A stretch of DNA of 64,000 nt from an uncultured Ruminococcus sp. (GCA_964571635.1 CAZNCN010000008.1:1608-65607), one strand, 5' to 3'; positions 39,963 to 49,540 are shown, numbered from the stretch's first letter. The notes: generated from the letters alone by a model not told the origin. Numbers and translations: made by a program.

Positions 39963-41018
39963 TTATTCATTTGGTATCGTCACAACAAACCTGACACCAT
40001 GATGTGTGTTGCTGACGGTTATATTGCCGTTCATGCCGTCGACTATGCGCCTGACAAGCGCAAGACCGAGGCCGTTGCCCTCGCCCGAGTGCGAGCTGTC
40101 GGCTTGATAAAACCTGTCGAAAATGCGATCAAGATCGTCTTCGGGTATCTTTTCGCCGACGTCCTCGACCGAAAAATTAACACAGCCGCCGAACCTCCAC
40201 AGTCTTATCGTCACTGTGCTGTTGTTGCTTGCAAATTTGACAGCGTTGTCTATCAGGTTGAGCGATGCGTGATACATCATTGATTCATAGCCGTTTATGG
40301 TTATTTCGGCGAGGTCAGCGTCAATTTCGATGCCCTTTGCGCCCCATTTTGTCTCAAGCGCAACTATCGCCGTGCGAACCTGTTCGTCGAGCCTGAATGA
40401 TATTTTTGCCTGAGGGATCGCTGCACTCTCAAGCTTTGAAAGCAAAAGCAGACTGCCCACAAGGCTCGAGAGCCTCGACGTGCCTGACAATATTTTTTGT
40501 ATGTATTCGTCTCTCTCGCTATCTGTCAAAGAGCTGTCCTGCAAAAGCGTGGCATAGCCCTCGATGGCGGTTATCGGCGTCTTGAATTCGTGCGTAACGC
40601 TCGACATAAAATCAGACTGCAGATTTTCGTTGGCTGATAACTCGTCGACCATCAGATTGAAGTTGGTATTCATATCTACGATCTCCTTGAGCGTGCCCTT
40701 TGGCTCAAGCTTGACCGAAAATTCGCCCTTTGCGACCTTGCGCATAGCCTTGCCCAATCTGTCTATCGGGTCGATGAGCGCCCTGACGACAAAATTTGTA
40801 GCCGTCGCACCTACGATTGCCGAAATGATCAGCATCCACGCCCATGATGGAAAGTCGACCGTGATACCAAACAGGCTGTTGATGCCTGCCGCTATCAGCA
40901 ACGATACGCCGACAGTCGCGATAAATTCGGTGACGATGATGAAATAGACCCTGATCTTGAGCCGGAATTTAAATGTGTATTCCTGCAGGTGCTTTGCTTT
41001 TTCTCTGTTATTTTTCAT
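39963..41018 (-). CDS. sensor histidine kinase, intramembrane-sensing type (2 TM, ~10-aa outer loop, HAMP, HisKA, HATPase_c)
   Basis: H-box FMSSVTHEFKTPITAI, N-box LIDNAVKF, G-boxes EDVGEKI / GNGLGLAL. There is no extracytoplasmic domain between the TM segments. Confidence 0.88.
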   Translation of the reverse strand: MKNNREKAKHLQEYTFKFRLKIRVYFIIVTEFIATVGVSLLIAAGINSLFGITVDFPSWAWMLIISAIVGATATNFVVRALIDPIDRLGKAMRKVAKGEFSVKLEPKGTLKEIVDMNTNFNLMVDELSANENLQSDFMSSVTHEFKTPITAIEGYATLLQDSSLTDSERDEYIQKILSGTSRLSSLVGSLLLLSKLESAAIPQAKISFRLDEQVRTAIVALETKWGAKGIEIDADLAEITINGYESMMYHASLNLIDNAVKFASNNSTVTIRLWRFGGCVNFSVEDVGEKIPEDDLDRIFDRFYQADSSHSGEGNGLGLALVRRIVDGMNGNITVSNTHHGVRFVVTIPNE

Positions 41019-41686
41019 AGCTTTTCGACCTTGTATCCGACACCTCGGATGGTGACAATTTTAAAATCCTTGCTGTCTCTGAACCTGTCGCGAAGCCTGC
41101 CGATGTGCACATCTACCGTGTGAGCATCGGTATTGCTTTCATAGCCCCAGATGTCGTCCATCAGTTGCTGCCGTGTGAATATCTTGCCGGGATATGAAGC
41201 CATCTTGTAAAGCAGCATAAACTCCTTTTGCGGCAAAATCATGCTGACGCCGTCTGTCGTGACGGTGAGAGAATCACATTCAAGCACGGTGCCGCCGACG
41301 GTCTGCCTGCGCTCGTTGATCATCTGTGCACGTCGCAGCAAAGCGCCGACACGCAAAAGCATCTCGTTGATGTTGACAGGCTTGACCATATAGTCGTCGC
41401 TGCCCGAGAGGAATCCTCGGCGCATGTCATCGAACGAATCTTTTGCGGTTATCATCAGAACAGGTGTTGTCATGCCTGCATCTCGCATCGCCTCTACCAG
41501 CTCATAGCCGTCTGTGTGCGGCATCATAATGTCCGAAATGAGCAGATCGAAATATCCGTTTTCAAGTGCCTTTAGTGCCTCGGAGCCGTCACCCACCTCG
41601 GTGACGGCGTATCCGTTTTTGGTCAGTACCCTCGAGAACAGCCGCCTGAGCTCGCGGTCGTCCTCTGCGATCATTATCTTGAACAT
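41015..41686 (-). CDS. OmpR-family response regulator
   Basis: Receiver domain (MIAEDD...DLLISDIMMP...ITAK) plus a winged-helix C-terminal domain (TVDVHIGRLRDRF...IVTIRGVGYK). Overlaps the kinase gene by 4 nt. Confidence 0.92.
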   Translation of the reverse strand: MFKIMIAEDDRELRRLFSRVLTKNGYAVTEVGDGSEALKALENGYFDLLISDIMMPHTDGYELVEAMRDAGMTTPVLMITAKDSFDDMRRGFLSGSDDYMVKPVNINEMLLRVGALLRRAQMINERRQTVGGTVLECDSLTVTTDGVSMILPQKEFMLLYKMASYPGKIFTRQQLMDDIWGYESNTDAHTVDVHIGRLRDRFRDSKDFKIVTIRGVGYKVEKL

Positions 41687-41699
41687 ATTTGTTTACCGT

Positions 41700-44447
41700 T
41701 TACCATTCGGGCAGCAGGCTCTGGTCGTCGCTGATGCTTGAATCCGCAGAGCTTTCATCCTGCGTTATGCCTACCCAGTGCTCTTTGCACACTCTGTTGG
41801 GAGCGAGCTCACGGGACGAGTTTGAATAGCCCATAAAAACGCCCTCGGGCAGGAGATAGCGCCAATATGAAACCGAGGTGCTTTCGGGCGGCACATAATA
41901 GCCTATGACAGGATACCAGAGATATCCGGCGTCGTAAACTCTGATGTTTTTATAAAGCGTTCTGTCTACCTTGCGCAGGCCGACCTGAATGATGTTCGAT
42001 TCGGGGCAAGCGCAGCCGTCAAGCGAAACAGCCTTTGTCACGTTGTCATAGTCGACCATGACATGGCAGTCACATTCTTCAGAGGGGATAGTGTCCCTGG
42101 TATAGACGCCGTCGTCATATATGACCTTCATCTCACCGTTCGTTACACCGAGGTCGGCACGGCATGCATCGCAGGGCACTTTGCCAGAGATCGAGCAGTA
42201 TTCAATGCCTGTTTCGACATCAGCCGGAACTGTGAATTTGAGGGTATAGGGAATGTTGTTTGCCTCGTGGTATTCGTATATCTTGCGCATGACCGCATCC
42301 CACGCCTGGGTTGCGGGGTTGCCGCTGGCAACTATCGTCTTATTGTTGTCATAGCCATACCAGCTGCAAATGGTGTAGTCAGGCGTATAGCCGCAGAAAT
42401 AGTTGTCTTTATTGTCGTTGGTCGAACCGGTCTTGCCTGTAACCTCGAGTCCGGGGAAGGATTTGTAGAAATTGACATCACGGCGAGATGTGCCGTAGCT
42501 GCCCGAAATGACCTTCTCCATCAGCTTGGTCATGATATAGCAGGTAGATTCTTTGAATACCGTGCGGCCTTTGTCGCTGTTGTCTATAATGACGTTGCCG
42601 CGGCTGTCTCTGACCTTGCTGAACGTGCGTGCCTTTAAAAATGTGCCGCCGTTTGCGAGCGTTGCGTATGCCTGCGTCATCTCGCGTACTGTTACGCCAT
42701 AGGTGAAAGAGCCAAGTGCGAGAGGAGAGAGCTGCCTGTCAGAGAACGAGCTGCCGTCCTCATATGTGACATTCTCAACGAGCGTTGTAAAGCCAAGGCT
42801 GTTGACGAGATGGTCATAGACCGTGTCAACGCCGAGCATCATACATGTCCTGACAGCGACTGTATTCAGCGAGCGCTGAATAGCATAGCTGAGGCTGCAT
42901 TTGCCCGAATAGGTATTTGAAGAGTTTGGCGGCCAGTATGAGTCTGTGCTTTCATAATAAATGACAGGAGAGTCGTCGACAGAGCTGCCATAGGTATAGA
43001 TGCCCTTTTCTACCGCAAGCGAATAGACCGAAAGCGGCTTTATCGACGAACCGCACTGGCGCTTGCTCTGTGTGGCACGGTTAAGACCGCGGTTGACAGT
43101 CTTTTCACCTCTGCCGCCTCTGATAGCCAAAAGGTCACCTGTGTATTGATTCATGACGCACATTGCACCCTGACCCTTGATGCCTGTGGTGGTTGCCCAA
43201 TATTCGTCCTTTGTATAGACCTCGTCGACTATTGCCTGGATGTCGGGATCCATGCAGGTGACTATCTGCAAGCCGCCTGCATAAAGCATCTGAGATGCCG
43301 TGACGGTGTCGCACTCGTATTTTTGCATGAGTGCTTCAATAACATCATCCATGACCGCATCGAGATAATATGACCTTATGCGCGTGGATGAGTCGGTCGA
43401 GCTTTCTTCGTCGTCGGTTTTAAGCATAAGCGGCGCATCATAGGCTTCATCAAATTCCGCCTGCGTTATCTTGCCCTGCTCGAGCATCAGCTTGAGCACA
43501 AGATTGCGGCGGGTAAGATTGTTTTGGGGATTGATTATCGGGTCGTATCTGATAGGCGACTTGCCTATGCCTGCGATGGCGGCACACTCGACCAGAGTAA
43601 GATCCTTGAGTTCCTTGCCAAAATAGGTCTCTGCCGCAGCACGCACGCCGTTGCAGTTGTGAGAAAGGTATATCGTGTTGAGATACATCTCGAGTATCTC
43701 GGTCTTGGTGAATTTCTTTTCGACATTCAGCGCACGCAGCATCTCCTGCACCTTGCGCTGTATAGTCGTCTGGTTCTCGCCCGAAACGTTCTTTATGAGC
43801 TGCTGGGTGATGGTCGAGCCACCGCCGTATGAGCTGCTTGTCGGCATAAAGAAGTTATAGACAGCCGAGAGCGTTCGCTTGGTGTCAACGCCGTTGTGTG
43901 TCAAAAAGCGCTGATCCTCAACTGCAATATATGCGTCGACCAACGTCTGCGGAATCTCGCCGTAAGAAACCCAAAGTCGGTTTTCGCTCGCATACAGCCT
44001 GTCCGCCTCGAGCTCTATCTCGTTGCCGTTGTCGTCAAGGTAAAATAATGACGTGGAAAGTGCAGAGTCAAACTGCAGGTTGTCGAGGCCTGTGTATTCG
44101 GGGTCAATATAGTTTTTGATATAGACCACGAAAGCAAGCGCCGCAGTCGCACCTGTTATTATCAGCACGAGCAAAAGCGTAAACAGCGCGTTGAGCGCAT
44201 AAGTCAGTGCCTTGCGTATGACGGTGAGCAAAATGCCGAATGTGACCTTGGCGGTCTCTTTGGCTATCGCACCTCCTGCAGGGAAAGCCTGCTCCTGTTC
44301 GTCCTCGGGATGCCAAAGCCCCTTAAAGATCGCAGTGCTGTCGGTAGTGCTGGCGTGAGCGTTGCCTGCTATTCTGGTCGTGTCGAGGCGTCGTGTGGCG
44401 GCGTTATCGACTGTCTTTTGTGATTGCTTTTTAATTTTCTTTGCCAA
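41700..44447 (-). CDS. class A penicillin-binding protein (glycosyltransferase plus transpeptidase) with N- and C-terminal extensions
   Basis: EDQRFLTHNGVD (GT51), then SSIKP / SLN / KTGS transpeptidase motifs. TTG start 8 nt after GGAGG. 915 aa. Confidence 0.9.
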   Translation of the reverse strand: MAKKIKKQSQKTVDNAATRRLDTTRIAGNAHASTTDSTAIFKGLWHPEDEQEQAFPAGGAIAKETAKVTFGILLTVIRKALTYALNALFTLLLVLIITGATAALAFVVYIKNYIDPEYTGLDNLQFDSALSTSLFYLDDNGNEIELEADRLYASENRLWVSYGEIPQTLVDAYIAVEDQRFLTHNGVDTKRTLSAVYNFFMPTSSSYGGGSTITQQLIKNVSGENQTTIQRKVQEMLRALNVEKKFTKTEILEMYLNTIYLSHNCNGVRAAAETYFGKELKDLTLVECAAIAGIGKSPIRYDPIINPQNNLTRRNLVLKLMLEQGKITQAEFDEAYDAPLMLKTDDEESSTDSSTRIRSYYLDAVMDDVIEALMQKYECDTVTASQMLYAGGLQIVTCMDPDIQAIVDEVYTKDEYWATTTGIKGQGAMCVMNQYTGDLLAIRGGRGEKTVNRGLNRATQSKRQCGSSIKPLSVYSLAVEKGIYTYGSSVDDSPVIYYESTDSYWPPNSSNTYSGKCSLSYAIQRSLNTVAVRTCMMLGVDTVYDHLVNSLGFTTLVENVTYEDGSSFSDRQLSPLALGSFTYGVTVREMTQAYATLANGGTFLKARTFSKVRDSRGNVIIDNSDKGRTVFKESTCYIMTKLMEKVISGSYGTSRRDVNFYKSFPGLEVTGKTGSTNDNKDNYFCGYTPDYTICSWYGYDNNKTIVASGNPATQAWDAVMRKIYEYHEANNIPYTLKFTVPADVETGIEYCSISGKVPCDACRADLGVTNGEMKVIYDDGVYTRDTIPSEECDCHVMVDYDNVTKAVSLDGCACPESNIIQVGLRKVDRTLYKNIRVYDAGYLWYPVIGYYVPPESTSVSYWRYLLPEGVFMGYSNSSRELAPNRVCKEHWVGITQDESSADSSISDDQSLLPEW

Positions 44448-44470
44448 AATAATTGCCTCCTTGCGTAGGG

Positions 44471-47400
44471 TCAGTCTTTTACGGCGACGTTGTCGTCACC
44501 CAAAAGAGCCTTGAGCCGTGAGATAAGCTCGTCGGATATATTGCAGCCGCCGCTTTTGGGAGCGGTGAGCTTGCCTGTTGAAACATAATAGATGCGTATC
44601 GCATCGGCACCCGGATGCTTTTTGAGCATTTCGACCGCTTGCATCAATAAATGCTCATTCTGCGGTGTGATGCGCAAAAACAGCTTGCGAGGCGTTTGTG
44701 CCGCTTCGCCCTCTCCGAGTATTTGTGCTGATCTGAATATCAGCTTGACAGTATCCTGCTCGTCGTCGCCTGCGGCATCTTCGAGCCTTGCCTCGCAGAC
44801 AAAGCAATAAATGCTGCCGACATTCAAAAGTGCACTGACCTTTTCGTGATCCTTTGGGAATACCGTCATCTCGACCTCGCCATAGAGATCCTCCAAAGTG
44901 AGAATCGCCATGCGCTTACCGGATGCCTTTGTCACTATGTCACGCTTTTTTGCTATCATGCCGACAAAGCTGACAACAGACTTTTCTTTTATAATACCTG
45001 AGGTGAGCCCCTCATAAAGCTGCCTCGTGTTCTTTGCACCGCTGCTTTCGATATACGCTCTGTATCTGTCGAGAGGGTGTCCCGAGAGATAGAGCCCCGA
45101 GAGGTATTTTTCATCGGCGAGTCTTGCCGATAACGGAAACTCGTCTATCTCGCGGTAGTCGAGCTGCAATTCTGCATCCATGTCGTCACCGCCAAAGAGT
45201 GACAATTGCCCCTCATAGCTTTTGCTGCGCCGCCTTGAAACAGATTCGACTGCCGCATCGAGCACGCTCATCAGCCTGCTGCGATACACACCAAAGCTGT
45301 CGAGCGCCCCGCATCTTATGAGTGATTCGAGCATACGGACGTTGCCGTAAACCGCCGTTCGCTCTATGAGGTCGGCAGGCGACTTGAAAGGCCGCTTTTG
45401 GCGCTCTGTTATCAGATTGCGTGCGAACGCCGTGCCGACGTTTTTGATGGAAGCAAGTCCAAACCGTATGCCGCCGTCCTCGAGCGCAAAATTTTCAAAG
45501 CTCTTGTTGACGTCGGGCGGATAGACCTTTATGCCCATGTCTGTGCATTCGTCGATGTATTGCTTGACCTTTGCGGTGTCGCCCATGACTGAGCGCAACA
45601 GCGCACACATATATTCTGCGGGATAATGGCATTTGAGATAAGCTGTTCTGTAAGCTACGACCGCATAAGCCGCCGCATGGCTCTTGTTGAATGCGTATCT
45701 TGCAAACTCACGCATCTGCGCAAATATTTCGTTCGAGATCTTTTCGCTGACACCGTTTGCGGCTGCGCCCTCGACGAACGCCTTTTTTTCGACATCCATT
45801 ATCTCGGCTTTTTTCTTTTTCATCGCCTGACGCAGAACGTCGGCGTGACCATAGGTGAAGCCGGATAGTGTGCGGCATATCTGCATGACCTGCTCCTGAT
45901 AGATTATACAGCCGTATGTGCCGCCTAATACAGGCTTTAGCAGGGGATGAGCGTATTCGACCGAGTTTTGGTCTGCCCTGCCTGCCAGAAACCTGCCGAT
46001 GCTGTCCATCGGACCCGGCCTGTAAAGGCTGATGACCGAGATGATGTCCTCAAAGCAATAGGGCTTCATTCGCATAAGCAATGAACGCATTCCGTCACTT
46101 TCGAGCTGAAACAGACCTGTCGACCTGCCTTTTGCAAGCATTGCATATGTTGCTTCGTCGTCGGTATTTATCTTTTCTGCCGAGAGGTCTGCGCCGTTCT
46201 CGTTCGCCATGCTTATTGCGTTGTCGATGACTGTCAGAAACCTGAGCCCTAAAAAATCTATCTTGAGCAAGCCGAGGTCGGCTATCGTGTTCATGGTATA
46301 TTGCGTCACGGGCGCACTTTCGCCGACTGCAAGGGGAACATAGTCTGTGACAGGCCTGTCTGTAATGACCACGCCCGTTGCGTGAGTCGAGGTGTTGCGC
46401 GGACGTCCCTCGAGCCGCTTGGCATAGGCTATAAGCCTGTCTATTTCAGAGTCCGACTCGCATAATTGCTTAAGCTCGGGCACGCTTTCGAGTGCCTCAC
46501 TGATAGCGAGATGGCGCGGAATTAGCTTTGCACATTCGTCGGTGCGTGAATATGATATTCCGAGCGCTCTGCCTGTGTCGCGAACCGCCTGACGTGCCGC
46601 CATCGTGCCGAAGGTAATTATCTGGGCAACGTGGTCTCTGCCGTATTTTTCGGCGACATAGTCAATGACCTCGCCACGTCGCTCGTCACAGAAGTCTATG
46701 TCTATATCTGGCATTGAAATGCGTTCGGGGTTCAAAAAACGCTCGAACAGCAGCCCGTATTTTATAGGATCAACGTCGGTTATTCCGAGACAATAGGCGG
46801 CAAGCGAGCCTACCGCACTGCCACGTCCCGGGCCGACGGGGATATGTCTGTATTTTGCATACGCCACAAAGTCGTGGACTATCAGAAAATATTCGTTAAA
46901 GCCCATGCTGTCTATGATGCCGAGCTCATAGGTCAGCCTGTCTGTATATTCCTTGCTTTTTTTGATAAGCCCGTTCTTGGCGCGGTCGTTATAGCCCTCA
47001 ATGCATAGGTTGCGCAAGTATTCTGCCGACGTAAGATGCTCGGGCGGATAGAAAGCAGGCAGGTGCATGACACTGAAATTAAAGTCAAATCTGCATTTGT
47101 CTGCAATGACCTTTGTGTTTGCTATCGCCTGCGGAATGTCGGCAAACAGCCTTAGCATCTCGTCTGTCGATTTTAAATAATATTCGTCGCCCTGCATGGC
47201 AAGCTTGAGGTCGGATAGCGTAGAAGCGGTCGAAACGGCAGTCAGCAGTCTTTGCAATTCGCTGTCCTGCTTTGAAATATAATGCACGTCGTTGGTGGCA
47301 ACGAGCTCGATGCCAAGCGAACGCGAAATGTTGCATATGGCGCTGTTGACCTTGAGCTCTTCGTCGATACCGTGACGCTGCAGCTCAAGATAAAAATCGT

Positions 47401-47899
47401 CACCGAATATGCTTTTGTATTTCTCTGCTGCGGCTGTTGCCTTTTGAATATCGCCGTTTATGATGCTTTTTGGTATCTCGCCCGCAAGGCAGGCAGAAAG
47501 GCATATAAGCCCCTCATGGTATTTGGCGATTGTTTCCAGATCGGTTCTCGGCTTTTGATAAAAGCCCTCGGTGAATGCAAGCGAAACTATTTTTGTCAGG
47601 TTTTTATAGCCTGCTTCGTTTTTGACCAGCAGAATAAGATGCGAATAGTCAGAGTCGACAGGGTGCTTTTTATCAGACATGCGCCTCGGAGCGACATAAA
47701 CCTCGCAGCCGATGATGGGCTTGATGCCCGACTTGACACAGGCACGATAAAAATCCACCGCTCCGTAAAGTGCGCCGTGGTCGGTTATCGCGACGGCTGA
47801 TTGCCCTGCGGCCTTGACTGCCTCGGGTATCTCGCTTATGCGGCACGCGCCGTCAAGCAGGCTGTATTCTGTGTGGAGGTGCAGATGAACGAACTCCAC
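44471..47899 (-). CDS. dnaE: DNA polymerase III alpha subunit, DnaE type
   Basis: 1142 aa. PHP N-terminus FVHLHLHTEYSLLDGA, polymerase core, OB-fold tail. GTG start with an AAAGGA RBS. Confidence 0.95.
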   Translation of the reverse strand: MEFVHLHLHTEYSLLDGACRISEIPEAVKAAGQSAVAITDHGALYGAVDFYRACVKSGIKPIIGCEVYVAPRRMSDKKHPVDSDYSHLILLVKNEAGYKNLTKIVSLAFTEGFYQKPRTDLETIAKYHEGLICLSACLAGEIPKSIINGDIQKATAAAEKYKSIFGDDFYLELQRHGIDEELKVNSAICNISRSLGIELVATNDVHYISKQDSELQRLLTAVSTASTLSDLKLAMQGDEYYLKSTDEMLRLFADIPQAIANTKVIADKCRFDFNFSVMHLPAFYPPEHLTSAEYLRNLCIEGYNDRAKNGLIKKSKEYTDRLTYELGIIDSMGFNEYFLIVHDFVAYAKYRHIPVGPGRGSAVGSLAAYCLGITDVDPIKYGLLFERFLNPERISMPDIDIDFCDERRGEVIDYVAEKYGRDHVAQIITFGTMAARQAVRDTGRALGISYSRTDECAKLIPRHLAISEALESVPELKQLCESDSEIDRLIAYAKRLEGRPRNTSTHATGVVITDRPVTDYVPLAVGESAPVTQYTMNTIADLGLLKIDFLGLRFLTVIDNAISMANENGADLSAEKINTDDEATYAMLAKGRSTGLFQLESDGMRSLLMRMKPYCFEDIISVISLYRPGPMDSIGRFLAGRADQNSVEYAHPLLKPVLGGTYGCIIYQEQVMQICRTLSGFTYGHADVLRQAMKKKKAEIMDVEKKAFVEGAAANGVSEKISNEIFAQMREFARYAFNKSHAAAYAVVAYRTAYLKCHYPAEYMCALLRSVMGDTAKVKQYIDECTDMGIKVYPPDVNKSFENFALEDGGIRFGLASIKNVGTAFARNLITERQKRPFKSPADLIERTAVYGNVRMLESLIRCGALDSFGVYRSRLMSVLDAAVESVSRRRSKSYEGQLSLFGGDDMDAELQLDYREIDEFPLSARLADEKYLSGLYLSGHPLDRYRAYIESSGAKNTRQLYEGLTSGIIKEKSVVSFVGMIAKKRDIVTKASGKRMAILTLEDLYGEVEMTVFPKDHEKVSALLNVGSIYCFVCEARLEDAAGDDEQDTVKLIFRSAQILGEGEAAQTPRKLFLRITPQNEHLLMQAVEMLKKHPGADAIRIYYVSTGKLTAPKSGGCNISDELISRLKALLGDDNVAVKD

Positions 47900-47937
47900 T
47901 TTGGTTTGTCCTTTCGATTTTTAAGATAGGTGCCTGT

Positions 47938-48609
47938 TCAGCTCAGATTGTCGGCAATATCGATTATGCGCTCGAATCTGTGCTTGATGCCCGATTTTGA
48001 GATAGGGGCTGAAAAATACACACGCAATTGCTCGAGGCTTTCGGCAGGGTGTTCGAGCCTTATGTCAGCCGCCTCACGCAGCTCGGGCGGCAATTTTTGA
48101 TATTCCTTTGCTTCGATGAGCCTGTTGATGGCGTTGAGCTGCTCGGCGCACGCCTTTGACGAGCGGTTGATGTTGGCGGTAAGTGCGTTGCCTGTGCGGT
48201 TGACAGAGCAGCGTATCTCTTGAATGACCGCCTCCTCTTTGAGCATGACGGCAAATTTTGCCGCACCCAGCAGTGTGACAAAATCCTCGAGCGACTCACG
48301 CTTTTTGTAGTATAAAATAGTTTTGCCGTTCCTTTTGCCGAAGGAGGGCGGAACTCCGCAGTCGGCGAGCATTCCGGCAACGAAATATGCACTGTCGCCG
48401 TCGACCCTCAAAACGAGCTCACAGCGCTTTGAAGGCTCTGAAATATATCCGTGGTACGCAAAAAGCGCTCTGAGATAAGCCCTGTCGCATTTGTCGCAGA
48501 CGGGCCGGTATGGTACTGCGTTCTTGCCGCACTCAAAGGCGTTAAGGCAACACTCGGAGGTTGGCATTTCAGAGAGCAGATGCTGTTTTAATTCATTGCA
48601 AAACGACAT
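47938..48609 (-). CDS. whiA: WhiA-family DNA-binding protein, unusually short (223 aa)
   Basis: N-terminus MSFCNELKQHLL...ECC and a C-terminal HTH (ISKSGIKHRFERIIDIADNL) match WhiA. Only one LAGLIDADG-like module (RAYLRALFAYHGYISEP) is visible. Confidence 0.75.
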   Translation of the reverse strand: MSFCNELKQHLLSEMPTSECCLNAFECGKNAVPYRPVCDKCDRAYLRALFAYHGYISEPSKRCELVLRVDGDSAYFVAGMLADCGVPPSFGKRNGKTILYYKKRESLEDFVTLLGAAKFAVMLKEEAVIQEIRCSVNRTGNALTANINRSSKACAEQLNAINRLIEAKEYQKLPPELREAADIRLEHPAESLEQLRVYFSAPISKSGIKHRFERIIDIADNLS

Positions 48610-48612
48610 ACT

Positions 48613-49470
48613 TCACCCAATAAATCTTATCTCGGGCTCAAGCTCGACGCCACTGTGTGTATAGACATGGTCGCGTACAGCCATCGTGAGCCAAAAAACA
48701 TCGCTTGCTGTGGCATTGCCTGTGTTGACTATAAAGCCCGAATGCTTTGTCGAAACCTGTGCTCCGCCTATTGCAAAGCCTTTTAAGCCTGCTTCTTCGA
48801 TGAGCGCAGCGGCATAATACCCTGTCGGACGCTTGAAAGCACTGCCACACGACGGCAGGTCGAGCGGTTGCTTTGCTTTGCGTGCCTGCATGTTTTTATC
48901 CATTATGCTTTTGATCTGATCTTTATCGCCGGGCATAAGCTCGAATTCTGCCATTATCAGCGTGCAATTATTCTTTTGAAGTGCGCTGTGACGGTATGCA
49001 AATTCCATATCGCTTTTTTGAAGGTCTATGCGCTTGCCCTTGTCGTTATAGCAGCTGCAGCATTTGAAAACGTCAGAGATCTCTCCGCCGTATGCGCCTG
49101 CGTTCATGAATACCGCTCCGCCGACAGTGCCCGGGATGCCGTATGCAAATTCGAGTCCTGCCAAGCCGAGCCTCATTGCTTCGCTCGAAACAGCACCCAG
49201 AGATGCACCTGCGTACGCCGTCAGCGTAGTGCCGTCAAATTCAAAATCCGACATGCCTGTTGTGAATATAATGCAGCCGTCATAGCCCGAATCGGCGACG
49301 ATTATGTTAGATCCGTTGCCTATGACGGTGTATGGTATTCCGTCGGCAAGGCAATGATCTATCGCTTCTGCGAGCTCACCTTTGTTTGTCGGAAAACAGG
49401 CAATTTTTGCTTTGCCGCCGACACGCATGGTGCAATAATTTGACATATCAAGATCGTAAAGATAGCGCAT
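48613..49470 (-). CDS. murB: UDP-N-acetylenolpyruvoylglucosamine reductase
   Basis: FAD-binding N-terminus (MRVGGKA...IGNGSNI), then GIPGTVGGAVFMNAGAYG and SCGSAFKRP. AAGGAG lies 9 nt before ATG 49470. TTG 49473 is an alternative start. Confidence 0.92.
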   Translation of the reverse strand: MRYLYDLDMSNYCTMRVGGKAKIACFPTNKGELAEAIDHCLADGIPYTVIGNGSNIIVADSGYDGCIIFTTGMSDFEFDGTTLTAYAGASLGAVSSEAMRLGLAGLEFAYGIPGTVGGAVFMNAGAYGGEISDVFKCCSCYNDKGKRIDLQKSDMEFAYRHSALQKNNCTLIMAEFELMPGDKDQIKSIMDKNMQARKAKQPLDLPSCGSAFKRPTGYYAAALIEEAGLKGFAIGGAQVSTKHSGFIVNTGNATASDVFWLTMAVRDHVYTHSGVELEPEIRFIG

Positions 49471-49511
49471 CAAAAATAACTCCTTATGCTCTTATACAAC
49501 AACTCTATTAT

Positions 49512-49540
49512 ATTATACTACAAATCTCGTAAAAAAACAA
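49512..49540 (-). promoter_or_regulatory. candidate sigmaA promoter for murB and the downstream minus-strand genes
   Basis: Minus strand TTGTTT (49540-49535), 17 nt, TATAAT (49517-49512). A second overlapping TATAAT sits at 49512-49507. Confidence 0.5.
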
